Shown here: piece after piece, positions 1 through 12,000 of the stretch
Position numbering within the stretch: the stretch's first letter is position 1
Layout of the letters: each line of letters opens with the position of its first letter
Source: Raja brachyura
Lineage: Eukaryota
DNA: 64,000 nucleotides
Direction: 5' to 3'
NCBI GenBank assembly: GCA_963514005.1
Contig: OY740790.1
Coordinates: forward strand, 12,276,001-12,340,000
Notes under the pieces: generated by a model
The model's input: the letters and a program-made list of their open reading frames with translations, nothing else
Told to the model about the DNA's origin: nothing
Database searches by the model: none
Program-made: the position numbers and the translations under genes

Positions 1-860
1 ATTAAGCTAAAGAGAAATCATATAATGCGGCAAATATTATCAGGAAGCTAGATGATTAGGAAACTTTTAAAAACCAAGAGAAGGCAACTAAAAAAACATT
101 ATGGGGAAAAAGGATGAGGGTAAGCATGCCGATGATATAAAAGAGGATATTAAATGTTTTTTCCAGTGCGTAAGGAGTAAAAGAGAGGCAAGAGTGGACA
201 TGAACAACTGGAAAATGATACTGGAGAAGTCGTCATTTGGAACAAAGAGATGGCAGACGAACTGAATGTTTTTTGCATCAGTTTCACAGTGAAAGACACA
301 GCAACATGCCAGAATTTCAAGAGAGTCAGGGGGCTGAAATAAGCGCAGTTGCTATTCATGAGGAGGTGGTGCTTGGGAAGGTAAAAGAATGAAGGTGGAC
401 AAGTCACCTGGACAGGATGCATTGCACCCTAGGGCTCTGAAAAAGATAGCTGTAAAGATTATAGAGGCATTAGTAGTGACCTTTCAAGAATCACTAGAGT
501 CAGGAAAGATTCCAGAGGACTGGAAAATCGCAAATATCACTCCACTAAGAAGGGAGCAAGACAAAAGAAAGGAAACTTTATGCCAATTAGGCTGACTTCA
601 GTAGTTCGAAGATTTTAGAGTCCATTATTAAGGATGAGGTGTCATGGTACTTGGAGGCACATGGTAAAATAGGCAGACAAGAATGATGAACGAATTATTT
701 CGATTTCCGGAAGGCCTTTGATAAGGTGCCGCACACATAGCTTCTAAACAGGATTTGACCCCATGGTAGTAGAGGCACGATACCAGAATGGATAGAAGAT
801 TGGATGACAGGTAGAAGGCAAAGAGTGGGAATAAAAGTTGTAGCATCGGGGATGTCACCA
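1..860 (+). mobile_element. Degenerate CR1 LINE ORF2 fragment
   Basis: Broken frames with CR1 motifs KSPGQDALHPRALK and IPEDWKIANITPL; many stops and deletions. Confidence 0.85.
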
Positions 861-1289
861 GGTTCAATATCTCTGCCTCATATGTGGGCACAGTCCCTCA
901 TTATCTGTGAGGCACTGGCAGTCAGTCTCAGGCACTGGATGTCCAGGGCTTTTCCCGGCATCTTAGTCTTGACCAGATGCTGGTGCTGGTGGTCCCATGC
1001 TTGTCCCAGTGGATCAGCATTCCTCCTACCTGCGACAGTGATAATAAGTGGAGAATTATTGGGGACATGCTGAATTTCTTTGTTTTCTGAGGATGTAGAG
1101 GCTCTTGGCTGTGGCATCAATGTGGTAGGATCAGGAGGAATTATTGTGAACTGGAAACTGTTGATCATCTCCACTGTAGCTTCACTGTTGTGCAATGGGG
1201 TGTGTACTACACCCTGCTTCCTACGTCAATGACCAGAACTTTTGTTTTGTTAATGTCAAAGTAGAGGTTGATGTCATCACTCTATTACT

Positions 1290-1575
1290 TTTACAAAGGA
1301 ATGGTACCTCATATTTCACTTGGGTAGCTTACACCCCAGCGGTATGAACATTGACTTCTCTAACTTCAAATCGCCCTTGCTTTCCCTCTCTCCCCATCCC
1401 CACCCCATTCCCAGTTCTCCCACCAGCCTTACTGTCTCCAACTACATTCTATCTCTGTCCCGCCCACTCCCCTGACATCAGTCTGAAGAAGGGCCTCGAC
1501 CCGAAACATCACCCATTCCTTCTCTCCAGAGGTGCTGCCTGTTCCGCTGAGTTACTCCAGCATTTTGTGTACTAA
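1290..1575 (+). mobile_element. Penelope-like element 3' remnant with hammerhead-like motif
   Basis: Matches the end of the Penelope at 59474-60566; CTGAAGA-agggcctcgaccc-GAAAC at 1483-1507. Confidence 0.65.
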
Positions 1576-2866
1576 TCTCTCTACTTCCTGTGCTCCATCT
1601 CATCATTGTTCGAGATTCGATCCACTATGGTGGTATCATCTACAAACCTGTAAATGGAGTTAGAGCAGAATTTAGGAAGCAAAAGTATGTAACCTTATGA
1701 TGAGAGTATTTGAGTACAGGTGTAAGGATGTCTTTCTGCAATTACAAAGATCCTTAGGAAGACTACACGTTGGGCATTATATTCAGTTTTGTTCTCTGTA
1801 ACCAAAAGACATGTTCTTGTATAAAGGGAGTGCAAAAACAAAATCAGCAGACAGGTTCCAGGAATGGTAAGTTTTCATTAGGAGGAGATATTGAATAGAC
1901 GGGGCCTGTTTTTCTCTCGAGATTTGAATAAGAGGAAGCAGGGAGGATGTTTTCCTTCTCTGAGAAATCCGAACCAGAGATCTCAGTCATGGAACAAACA
2001 TGACATAATTTAGGACTCGGATGAGGAGTTTTATATGTTCAGATAATCATGGAAGGAAGGGGTTTATGAATGAGATGGAGTTAGAAGATCAGCTATGATC
2101 TTGATGATTAGCAGAGCAAGCTGGAAGGGGACAAATGACCAAAAATATTTCATTTGATCCTCAAGCAGAGAAATGTATGGTGATGCAGTTTGGTGGGCTG
2201 GACAATGTGGAATAAAGCATACTGTCCCAAAAGAGGTGCATGAGCAGAGGGACTTGGGGTTTGATCTGACTTATGAGGTGCTGTGTTGGACAGTTCGAAA
2301 AGACACAGTGGGCTCAATGACCCCCCCCCCCCCCCCCCCCCCCCACTCCGTGCTGCATTCTATACGTGTCCTCTATGGTCTCTTTGAAACAGAACACGGG
2401 AGGGAACTGATGTGGGCATAGGTCAGTGAAGATGGTTAAAACACGACAATAAATTGGTCTTGACGTCAAAAAGGTGAAAAAGAAAGAAGGCGATTGGCAA
2501 ATAATTAATAGTGACATGAGAGAAACGAAACACATTCCGTGTTTGCACCCCAAGAAACCTGGAAACATTAATGGAAGGAAAGGATTTGCAAGACCATGGG
2601 GAGAGGAGCAAGGGTGGGACACAAATGGATGGCCCTTAGTTTGTGCTGGCAGGAACTCAATGGGGCCGAGTTCGTTCGTAAGAAAGATTATGAGATCCTG
2701 CGCTTCCATAAATGTCGGGTTATGATCTGCAAGATATGGAATTGGGAAAGTCGGAGGATATCATGTGGTTATTTGAACTGTGATGCCCTTTGTGGTAAAT
2801 TCCCTTCAGCAGAGGAGCCAGGAGCCAGTGAACGGTGCGTGGTCGGGAATGCTGGTCTGACGCCAA

Positions 2867-2877
2867 GGGGAGTCCCC
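2867..2877 (+). promoter_or_regulatory. NF-kB consensus site in gene A promoter
   Basis: GGGGAGTCCCC fits GGGRNNYYCC, 17 bp upstream of the TATA box; TGACG half-CRE at 2858; mammalian VCAM1 is a known NF-kB target. Confidence 0.55.
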
Positions 2878-2894
2878 TGCTGTCCCAGACGGGT

Positions 2895-2900
2895 TATAAA
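2895..2900 (+). promoter_or_regulatory. TATA box, gene A
   Basis: TATAAA ~110 bp upstream of the Kozak ATG (ACCATGG); conserved in gene B. Confidence 0.7.
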
Positions 2901-3007
2901 GCGGGGCGGCGGAGCTCAGGCTCACAGCTCCAGAGCCTGGCGCCCCTTGCAGAAGTGAAGTCAACCTCGGCTTGTGTGTGTGTGTGTGTCCGAGTGCAGG
3001 CTGAACC

Positions 3008-3068
3008 ATGGCGGGAGGGAGATGCGACCCAGCCGCTACAATTACTCTTGCGTTGCTGCTCGCCACAG
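3008..3068 (+). CDS. VCAM1: Gene A exon 1, signal peptide
   Basis: MAGGRCDPAATITLALLLAT(G); Kozak context; donor G|gtttct. Confidence 0.85.
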
Positions 3069-6000
3069 GTTTCTCATTTATTTCACAGCACTAATAATCT
3101 GCACTTTCCTCTGATTCGTTTTGTGTTGAATATCAGGCACCAAAGTGTCAATTTTAGTATCTGTTTGTTTAAAGAAATAAAGAGGTGAACATTTAAAGGG
3201 TTCAACTTGTAAGCTTTAAAAAATAATAATAATATTGCCTTTGTGTTGTTTGTAAACTGCAGGATCCGCCTTCAATTTGGAGTTAAACCCGTCTGGAAAC
3301 GTGTGGGCTCGTATCGGGGACTCGCTGGTGTTGAACTGTCTGGCGAAGAGCTGCTCGTCTCCGACCTTCACGTGGAGAATCGGCACCGATAACCCCCTGG
3401 GCGGAACAGTCACAACTCGGGGCTCGGGGTCCACATTCACCATCTCCGCGGCTACCCCGCAGAACGAGCACAAGTACACTTGTTCCGCAAGATGCGGCGC
3501 AGAAGAAAAACGAAAATATGTCAACCTCAATATATTCTGTAAGTATTAACCCATCTCCTGACTGTAAACGTGTTGCAACTTTGTCCGTCCAGGTAAAAGT
3601 TACACAAATACAGGGAACGCTCAACTATTCGTGCAGACTCCACGAAGAGAGAAATAGAATCTCGACCCGAAACCTCACCCGTCCCTTCTCTCTCTCTCTC
3701 AGAGATGCCGCCTGTCCCGCTGAGTTAATCCAGCTTCTTGTGTCTATCTTCGGTTTCAACCGGCATCTGCAGTTCCTTCCTAACACTGAAAGGTCATTGT
3801 TCTGGGGAGATGTCACTCGTTGTAGCGCAGCGTCCGGGGTGAGCAAAGGTCTCTAACCGACAAGAATCACCTGTCTTCTCTCCACCAATACTGCCTGCCC
3901 GATGAGGATTTCCGGCACACGCTGTTTTATTCAGGGCCTTGCAACGGTTGCCTTTATTTTGGTCTTCAACAAATATTTTAGTTAACAGATTCATGAATGT
4001 TTTCTGACACAAAAGTGGTCCTTTTGCAGATTGGAAGGAGAGTTTAGTAACAAATCATTACTGATAGGAGCGGAATTCGCCCATTCGGCCCATCGAGTCT
4101 ATTCCGCCATTCAATCATGGCTGATCCATCTCTCCCTACTAACCCCATTCTCCTGCCTTCTCCCCATAACCTCTGACACCCGTACTGATCAAGAATCTGC
4201 CTTAAATATATCCATTGCTTTGGCCTCCACAGCCTTCGGTGGCAATGAATTCCGCAGATTCACCACCCTCTGACTAAATCGATGAGCACCTTGGTCGCTG
4301 TACATTCCACCCTGAATCCCTGTTTGATTCCTGAATCCATATGTCGTTGCAGCTCTGTCCGACACACTCATCGTGGAGACAGTGGGCAGTCTGGAAGTTG
4401 GCCAGAGAGGCTCTGTGAGATGTATGGTCCCCAAAGTCTACCCCGCTCATGTGGAGGTGGAGTGGCTGAAAGGGACAACGGTGCTGAAGACCGACAGCTT
4501 CCACAACTACACAGAGGAAGAAACGGCGATGAACCTCACCTACGAACTGACGCCCGAATTGCGAGACTCGGGACAAGAGCTGACATGCCGAGTGCAATTA
4601 CTCACGGAGAACCAACCACGCAAGGCCGAGGGGACTCTAACGTTACAGGTTCACTGTAAGTATGGATACAGTGATATAACATTGAGAAAGGAGTCGCTGT
4701 TATAGATGTTGTCTGGACAATGGTTTAAGTCGCCCGCCTTTAATGTACTGAATGATCCCATCTCCTTCTACAGATGCTCCCACAGGGATTGACATTACTG
4801 CGGAGCCCTCTGCCACAGTGAGAGAGGGTCAGGATGTTCGGCTAACCTGTGCTGCAGACAGCAGCCCCGCTGCCAGGATTGTGTGGAGCAAGTTATCCGC
4901 CGGCAACTGGTCAGTCGTGGCCGAGGACCGAGCGATTCTGCACCTGTCACCGGCCCTGTTCGGGCACACGGGAATGTACCGTTGTGAAGCCAGCAATAAA
5001 CTGGGGACAATCACCAAGGGGGTGGAATTCCATGTTCAAGGTGCGTGGGTTTCACGATTGTAATTTTACTATCACTGTTATAGGAAAGACGTGGTCAAGC
5101 TGGAAAGGGTGCAAAGATTTACCAGGATGTCGCCAGGGCTAGAGGGTCTCAGCTAGAGGGAGAGGTTGGGCAGGCTGGGACTCTATTCCTTGCAGCGCAG
5201 ATGAGGAGTGATCTTATAGAGGTGTATAAATCATGAGAGGAATAGATCAGGTGGATGCAGAGTCTTTTGCCTAGAGTGGGTGCATTGATGACCAGGCATA
5301 GGTTTATGGTGAAGGGGAAAAGATTTAATAGGAATCTGAGGGGTAACTTTTTCACACAAAGGGTGGTGGGTGTATGGAACAAGCTGCTAGAGGAGGTAGT
5401 TGAGGTTGTGACTATCCCAACATTTGAGAAACAGTTAGAGAGGTACATGGATTGGAGGGACATGGACTAAACACGGGCAGGCGGGACTAGTGTAGCTGGA
5501 ACATGATGGCTGGTGTGGGCAAGTTGCGCTGAAGGACCTGTTTCCACACTGTATCACTTTATCACTATGACTATGTTTCTTTGCATGGATTTGGCTAAAC
5601 TTTTTGCAATTCATTAATTTCTCACACCTCTGGTCCCAGGTATTCCCAGGGACACCACTCTCTCCATCACCCCCTCTGCTGTGAAGGAAGGAGACGGGGT
5701 CACATTCAGCTGCACAACCCAGTCCAACCCCCCTGCCCAGCTTGTACTGAGGAGGCAGTCATCGAGCGGATGGAGCGAGCTAGACTCTGAGAATGGGACA
5801 TTGACAATCCGTGCTGTCCAGCCAGCTGATGCAGGGCTGTATCAATGTGAGGCCATTAATGCTCTGGGGATGCAAATAAGCGACAACAAACTCCAGGTTC
5901 AAGGTTTGTATGGAAATTAGTGAGAAATTTACAGGAACTGACTGTGAAAAGTATTTTCACTTGAATTATTACGAGGGGTGGAAAAAATGATTTGGATTTA

Positions 6001-9000
6001 TGGGGGAACATTCATACCATTTAGGACTACGCAAACACTTAAAGTGCCTTTGACATGTGAAGCAACGAAATGTGGTGCAGCACATTCTCACAAAGAGCAA
6101 TGTGAGGAAAACCAATTAGTTGTAATGAGGAAGAAAAATAAATTGCATTAGACTAAGTGGGATCCGTTGGGTCCCAGCTCCACACGGCAGGGCTGGTCCC
6201 CCAATGCAATATTGCGCCTCTCCAGCAATTCCAATATTGGAGGGGGGGGTGCTTTCTGGAGCGCTAGTATGTGTGTTTCCAGAGGGCTGGTATGGACATT
6301 GTGGGCTGAATGGATTCTTCGGCTGGCAGCTCAGTCACTCTGGCCAGGCAGCTCAGTCACTCTGGCCAGGCAGCATTTTAGAACCAGTAGAGACACATTT
6401 TGCAAGCATTTTAGAACCAATAGAGACACTCTTTCTGCAAGCATTTTGGAACCAATAGAAGCTCTTTTTGCAAGCATTTTAGAACCAATAGACACACTTT
6501 TTGCTACCAATTTGCAACCAATAGAGACAATTTTTGTAACCATTTTACAACCAATAGAGACACTTTCTGCAAGCATTTTAGAACCAATAGACACTTTTTG
6601 CAAGCGTTTTAGAACCAATAGAGACAGATTTTGCAACCATTTTAGAACCAATAGAGACACTTTTTGCCAAGCATTTTAGAACCAATAGAGACACTTGCAA
6701 GCATTTATAGAACCACATTAAGGGCACTCACAGTTGAGTAAACATGTGTTCAGTGCTATTGAGAGCTCAGAGACAAGTGACCCTCTGGCTTCCTCCATCT
6801 TGCAGAGACTGAGTGAGGCACACCACTTCCTGGTTTTATAGTCCCTCCCCCTCCCTCCAGCAGGGGCAGCAGAGAGAATGGCGAATTATTATTATTTTTT
6901 AAAATATATCTCTGATTTTTCATCGATGGGAAATATCCTCTGGTCCAGGAAGGCGGAGGGGGGCTCTGAGCGAGCTGGCCAGAAATGAGGGCCGTAGGAG
7001 GCGACGTTCTCTCGGCAATCACACCACACTGAGCCAAAAGCGGTCAAGATCAGACTTTTAGTAATATAGATATGATGATTTACAACAACAAAAAGACACA
7101 AAGTTCTGGAATAAATCAGTGTGTCAGGTACCATCCCCGGAGAACATGGATGGGTAAATTTTCAAGTTGGGATCCTTCTTCAGACTGGTGTTGGTTTAGT
7201 GATAAATATTGACCAGGATGCTGGAATAAACTGGGCAGAACTCTACCACTTTAAATTTTAAATAGTGTTACAGAATATTTTATGTCAACTAGAGGGGGCT
7301 TTAATTTAACAACTTGCGTGAAAATGTAACGAACTGCTGCCATCCTTTGGCACAGGACTGGAGAGACTTTCTAGCTTTTTGTGCCTAATTCCTTCAACAG
7401 AAACTTGAGCTTGTGAGTCATGGTGATTATTATACATTGCAATAATTTATGATTGTAAAAATCTTTAATAGACATCATGATATGAATAGATCGGGTAGAT
7501 GCACAGAGTATCTTGCCCAGAGTAGGCGAATCAAGGACCAGTGAACATAAGTTTAATGTGTAGGGGAAAAGACTTAATTGGAATCTGAGGGGTAACGTTT
7601 TTACACCAAGTGTGGTGGGTGTATGGAACAAGCTGCTAGAGGAGGCAGTTGAGGCTGGGACTATCCCAACATTTAAGAAACAGTTAGGCAGGTACATGGA
7701 TAGGACAGGTTTGGAGGAACATGGACCAAACACGGGCAGGTGGGACTAGTGTAGCTGGGACATGATGGCTGGTGTGGGCAAGTTGAGCCAAAGGGCCTGT
7801 TTTCATACAGTAGCACTTTATGACTATGTTTCTTTGCACAGATTTGGCTAAACGTTTTGCAAATCATTAATTTCTCACTCCTCTGGTCTCAGGTATTCCC
7901 AGGGACACCACTCTCTCCATCACCCCCTCTGCTGTGAAGGAAGGAGACGGGGTCACGTTCAGCTGCACAACCCTGTCCAACCCCCCTGCCCAGCTTGTAC
8001 TGAGGAGGCAGTCATCGAGCGGATGGACCGAGCTAGACTCTGAGAAAGGGACATTGACAATCCGTGCTGTCCAGCCAGCTGATGCAGGGCTGTATCAATG
8101 TGAGGCCATTAATGCTCTGGGGAAGCAGATCAACAGCAACAAACTCCAGGTTCAAGGTTTGTATGGAAATTAATGAGAAATTTACAGGAACTGAATGTGA
8201 AAAGTATTTTCACTTGAATTATTACGGGGGGGGGGGGGAATGATTTGGATTTATGGGGGAACATTCATACCATTTAGGACTACGCAAACACTTTATCATC
8301 AATAAAGTGCCTTTGACATGTGAAGCAACGAAATGTGGTGCAGCACATTCTCACAAAGAACAATGTGAGGAAAACCAATTAGTTGTAATGATGAAGAAAA
8401 ATAAATTGTACTAGACTAAGTGGGATCCGTTGGGTCCCAGCTTCACACGGGAGGGCTGGTCCCCCAATGCAATATTCCGCCTCTCCAGCAATTCCAATAT
8501 TGCTGGCAAGTGGGTGGGTGGGGGACGCATTCTGGAGTGCTAGTATGTGTGTTTCCAGAGGGCTAGTATGGACATTGTGGGCTGAATGGATTCTTGGCCA
8601 GGCAGCTCTGTCACTCTGGCCAGGCAGCTCTGTCACTCTGGCCAGGCAGCTCTGTCACTCTGGCCAGGCAGCTCATTCACTCTGGCCTGGCAGCATTTTA
8701 GAACCAATAGAGACACATTTTGCAAGCATTTTAGAACCAATAGAGACACATTTTGCAAGCATTTTAGAACCAAAAGACACACTTTTTACAAGCATTTTAG
8801 AACCAATAGACACACTTTTTGTAAGCAATTTAGAACCAATCTAGACACACTTTTTGCAACCATTTTACAACCAATAGAGACATTTTTTGTAACCATTTTA
8901 CAACCAATAGAGACACTTTCTGCAAGCATTTTAGAACCAATAGACACTTTTTGCAAGCATTTTAGAACCAATAGAGACACTTTTTGCAACCATTTTAGAA

Positions 9001-12000
9001 CCAATAGAGACACTTTTTGCAAGCATTTTAGAACCAATAGAGACACTTATTGCAAGCATTTATAGAACCACATTAAGGGCACTCACAGTTGAGTAAACAT
9101 GTGTTCAGTGCTATTCAGAGCTCAGAGACAAGTGACCCTCTGGCTTCCTCCATCTTGCAGAGACTGAGTGAGGCACACCACTTCCTGGTTTTATAGTCCC
9201 TCCCCCTCCCTCCAGCAGGGGCAGCAGAGAGAATGGCGAATTATTATTATTTTTTAAAATATATCTCTGATTTTTCATTGATGGGAAATATCCTCTGGTC
9301 CAGGAAGGCGGAGGGGGCTCTGAGCGAGCTAGCCAGAAATGAGGGCCGTAGGTGGCGACGTTCTCTCGGCAATCACACCACAGTGAACCAAAAGCGGTCA
9401 AGATCAGACTTTTAGTAATATAGATATGCTGATTTACAACAACAAAAAGACACAAGGTTCTGGAGTAAATCAGTGTGTCAGGTATGATCCCTGGAGAACA
9501 TGGATGGGTAAAGTTTCAAGTTGGGATCCTTCTTCAGACTGGTATTGGTTTAGTGATAAATATTGACCAGGATGCTGGAATAAACTGGGCAGATCTCTGC
9601 CACTTTAAATTTTAAATTGTGTTACAGAATCTTTTATGACAACTAGAGAGGGCTTTAATTTAACAACTTATGTGAAAGTGTAACTAACTGCTGCCATCCT
9701 TTGGCACGGGACTGGAGAGACTTTCTAGCTTTTTGTGCCTAATTCCTTGAACAGAAACTTGAGCTTGTGAGTCATGGTGATTATTATAAATTGCAATAAT
9801 CTATGATTGTAACAATCATTAATAGACATTATGAAATGAACAGATCCGGTAGATGCACAGAGTCTCTTGCCCATAGTAGGCGAATCAAGGACTGGAGAAC
9901 ATGGGTTTAATGTGTAGGGGAAAAGACTTATTTGGAATCTGAGGGGTAACGTTTTTACACCAAGGGTGGTGGGTGTATGGAACAAGCTGCTAGAGGATGT
10001 AGTAGCGGCTGGGTCTAACCAAACATTTAAGAAACAGTCAGACAGGTACATGGATAGGACAAGATTGGAGGGATATGAACCAAACACGGGCAGGCGGGAC
10101 TGGTGTAGCTGGGGCATGATGGCTGGTGTGGGCAAGTTGCGCTGAAGGGCCTGTTTCCACACTGTATCACTTTATCACTATGACTATGTTTCTTTGCATG
10201 GATTTGGCTAAACTTTTTGCAATTCATTAATTTCTCACGCCTCTGGTCTCAGGTATTCCCAGGGACACCACTCTCTCCATCACCCCCTCTGCTGTGAAGG
10301 AAGGAGACGGGGTCACGTTCAGCTGCACAACCCTGTCCAACCCCCCTGCCCAGCTTGTACTGAGGAGGCAGTCATCGAGCGGATGGACCGAGCTAGACTC
10401 TGAGAATGGGACATTGACAATCCGTGCTGTCCAGCCAGATGATGCAGGGCTGTATCAATGTGAGGCCATTAATGATCTGGGGAAGCAGATCAACAGCAAC
10501 AAACTCCAGGTTCAAGGTTTGTATGGAAATTAATGAGAAATTTACAGGAACTGAATGTGAAAAGTATTTTCACTTGAATTATTACGAGGGGGGGGAAAGA
10601 ATGATTTGGATTTATGGGGGAACATTTATACCATTTAGGACTACGCAAACACTTTATCATCAATAAAGTGCCTTTGACAGTGAAGCAACAAAATGTGGTG
10701 CAGCACATTCTCACAAAGGACAATTTGAGGAAACCAATTAGTTGTAATGATGAAGAAAAATAAATTGTACTAGACTAAGTGGGATCCGTTGGGTCCCAGC
10801 TTCACACGGGAGGGCTGGTCCCCCAATGCAATATTCCGCCTCTCCAGCAATTCCAATATTGCTGGCAAGTGGGTGGGTGGGGGGGGGGTGCATTCTGGAG
10901 TGCTAGTATGTGTGTTTCCAGAGGGCTAGTATGGACATTGTGGGCTGAATGGATTCTTGGCCAGGCAGCTCAGTCACTCTGGCCAGGCAGCTCAGTCACT
11001 CTGGCCTGGCAGCATTTTAGAACCAAATAGAGACATATTTTGCAAGCATTTTAGAACCAATCTAGACACACTTTTTGCAACCATTTTACAACCAATAAAG
11101 ACACTTTTTGTAACCATTTTACAACCAATAGAGACACTTTCTGCAAGCATTTTAGAACCAATAGAGACACTTATTGCAAGCATTTATAGAACCACATTAA
11201 GGGCACTCCCAGTTGAGTAAACATTTGTTCATTGCTATTCAGAGCTCAGAGACAAGTGACCCTCTGGCTTCCTCCATCTTGCAGAGACTGAGTGAGGCGC
11301 ACCACTTCCTGGTTTTATAGTCCCTCCCCCTCCCTCCAGCAGGGGCAGCAGAGACAATGGCAAATTATTATTATTTTTTTAAATATATCTCTGATTTTTC
11401 ATCGATGGGAAATATCCTCAGGTCCAAGGAAGGCGGAGGGGGGCTCTGAGCGAGCTGGCCAGAAATGAGGGCCATAGGTGGCGACGTTCTCTCGGCAAAC
11501 ACACCACAGTGAGCCAAAAGCGGGCAAGATCAGACTTTTAGTAATATAGATATGCTGATTTACAACAACAAAAAGACACAAAGTTCTGGAGTAAATCAGT
11601 GTGTCAGGTACCATCCCCGGAGAACATGGATGGGTAAATGTTCAAGTTGGGATCCTTCTTCAGACTGGTGTTGGTTTAGTGATAAATATTGACCAGGATG
11701 CTGGAATAAACTGGGCAGAACTCTACCACTTTAAATTTTAAATTGTGTTACAGAATCTTTTATGTCAACTAGAGGGGGCTTTAATTTAACAACTTATGTG
11801 AAAGTGTAACTAACTGCTGCCACCCTTTGGCACAGGACTGGAGAGACTTTCTAGCTTTTTGTGCCTAATTCCTTGAACAGAAACTTGAGCTTGTGAGTCA
11901 TGGTGATTATTATACATTGCAATAATCTATGATTGTAAAAATCATTAATAGACATCATGATATGAATAGATCGGGTAGATGCACAGAGTCACTTGCCCAG

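Noticed and set aside
4282-4659. Alternative-frame and antisense ORFs over exons 2-4, repeated in both paralogs
   Set aside because: Shadows of the real exons; conserved only because the paralogs are nearly identical
5681-5920. Nine standalone 79-aa MKEGD... genes
   Set aside because: The start is an internal GTG (Val); these are internal exons with flanking AG/GT
6167-6679. ORFs with ASILEPIET / KHFRTNRDT repeats (also in other units)
   Set aside because: Translations of the Helitron minisatellite; frames vary between copies and there is no splice support
6375-6715. 33-bp repeats as a CRISPR array
   Set aside because: Head-to-tail minisatellite with no unique spacers and no cas genes, in a vertebrate intron
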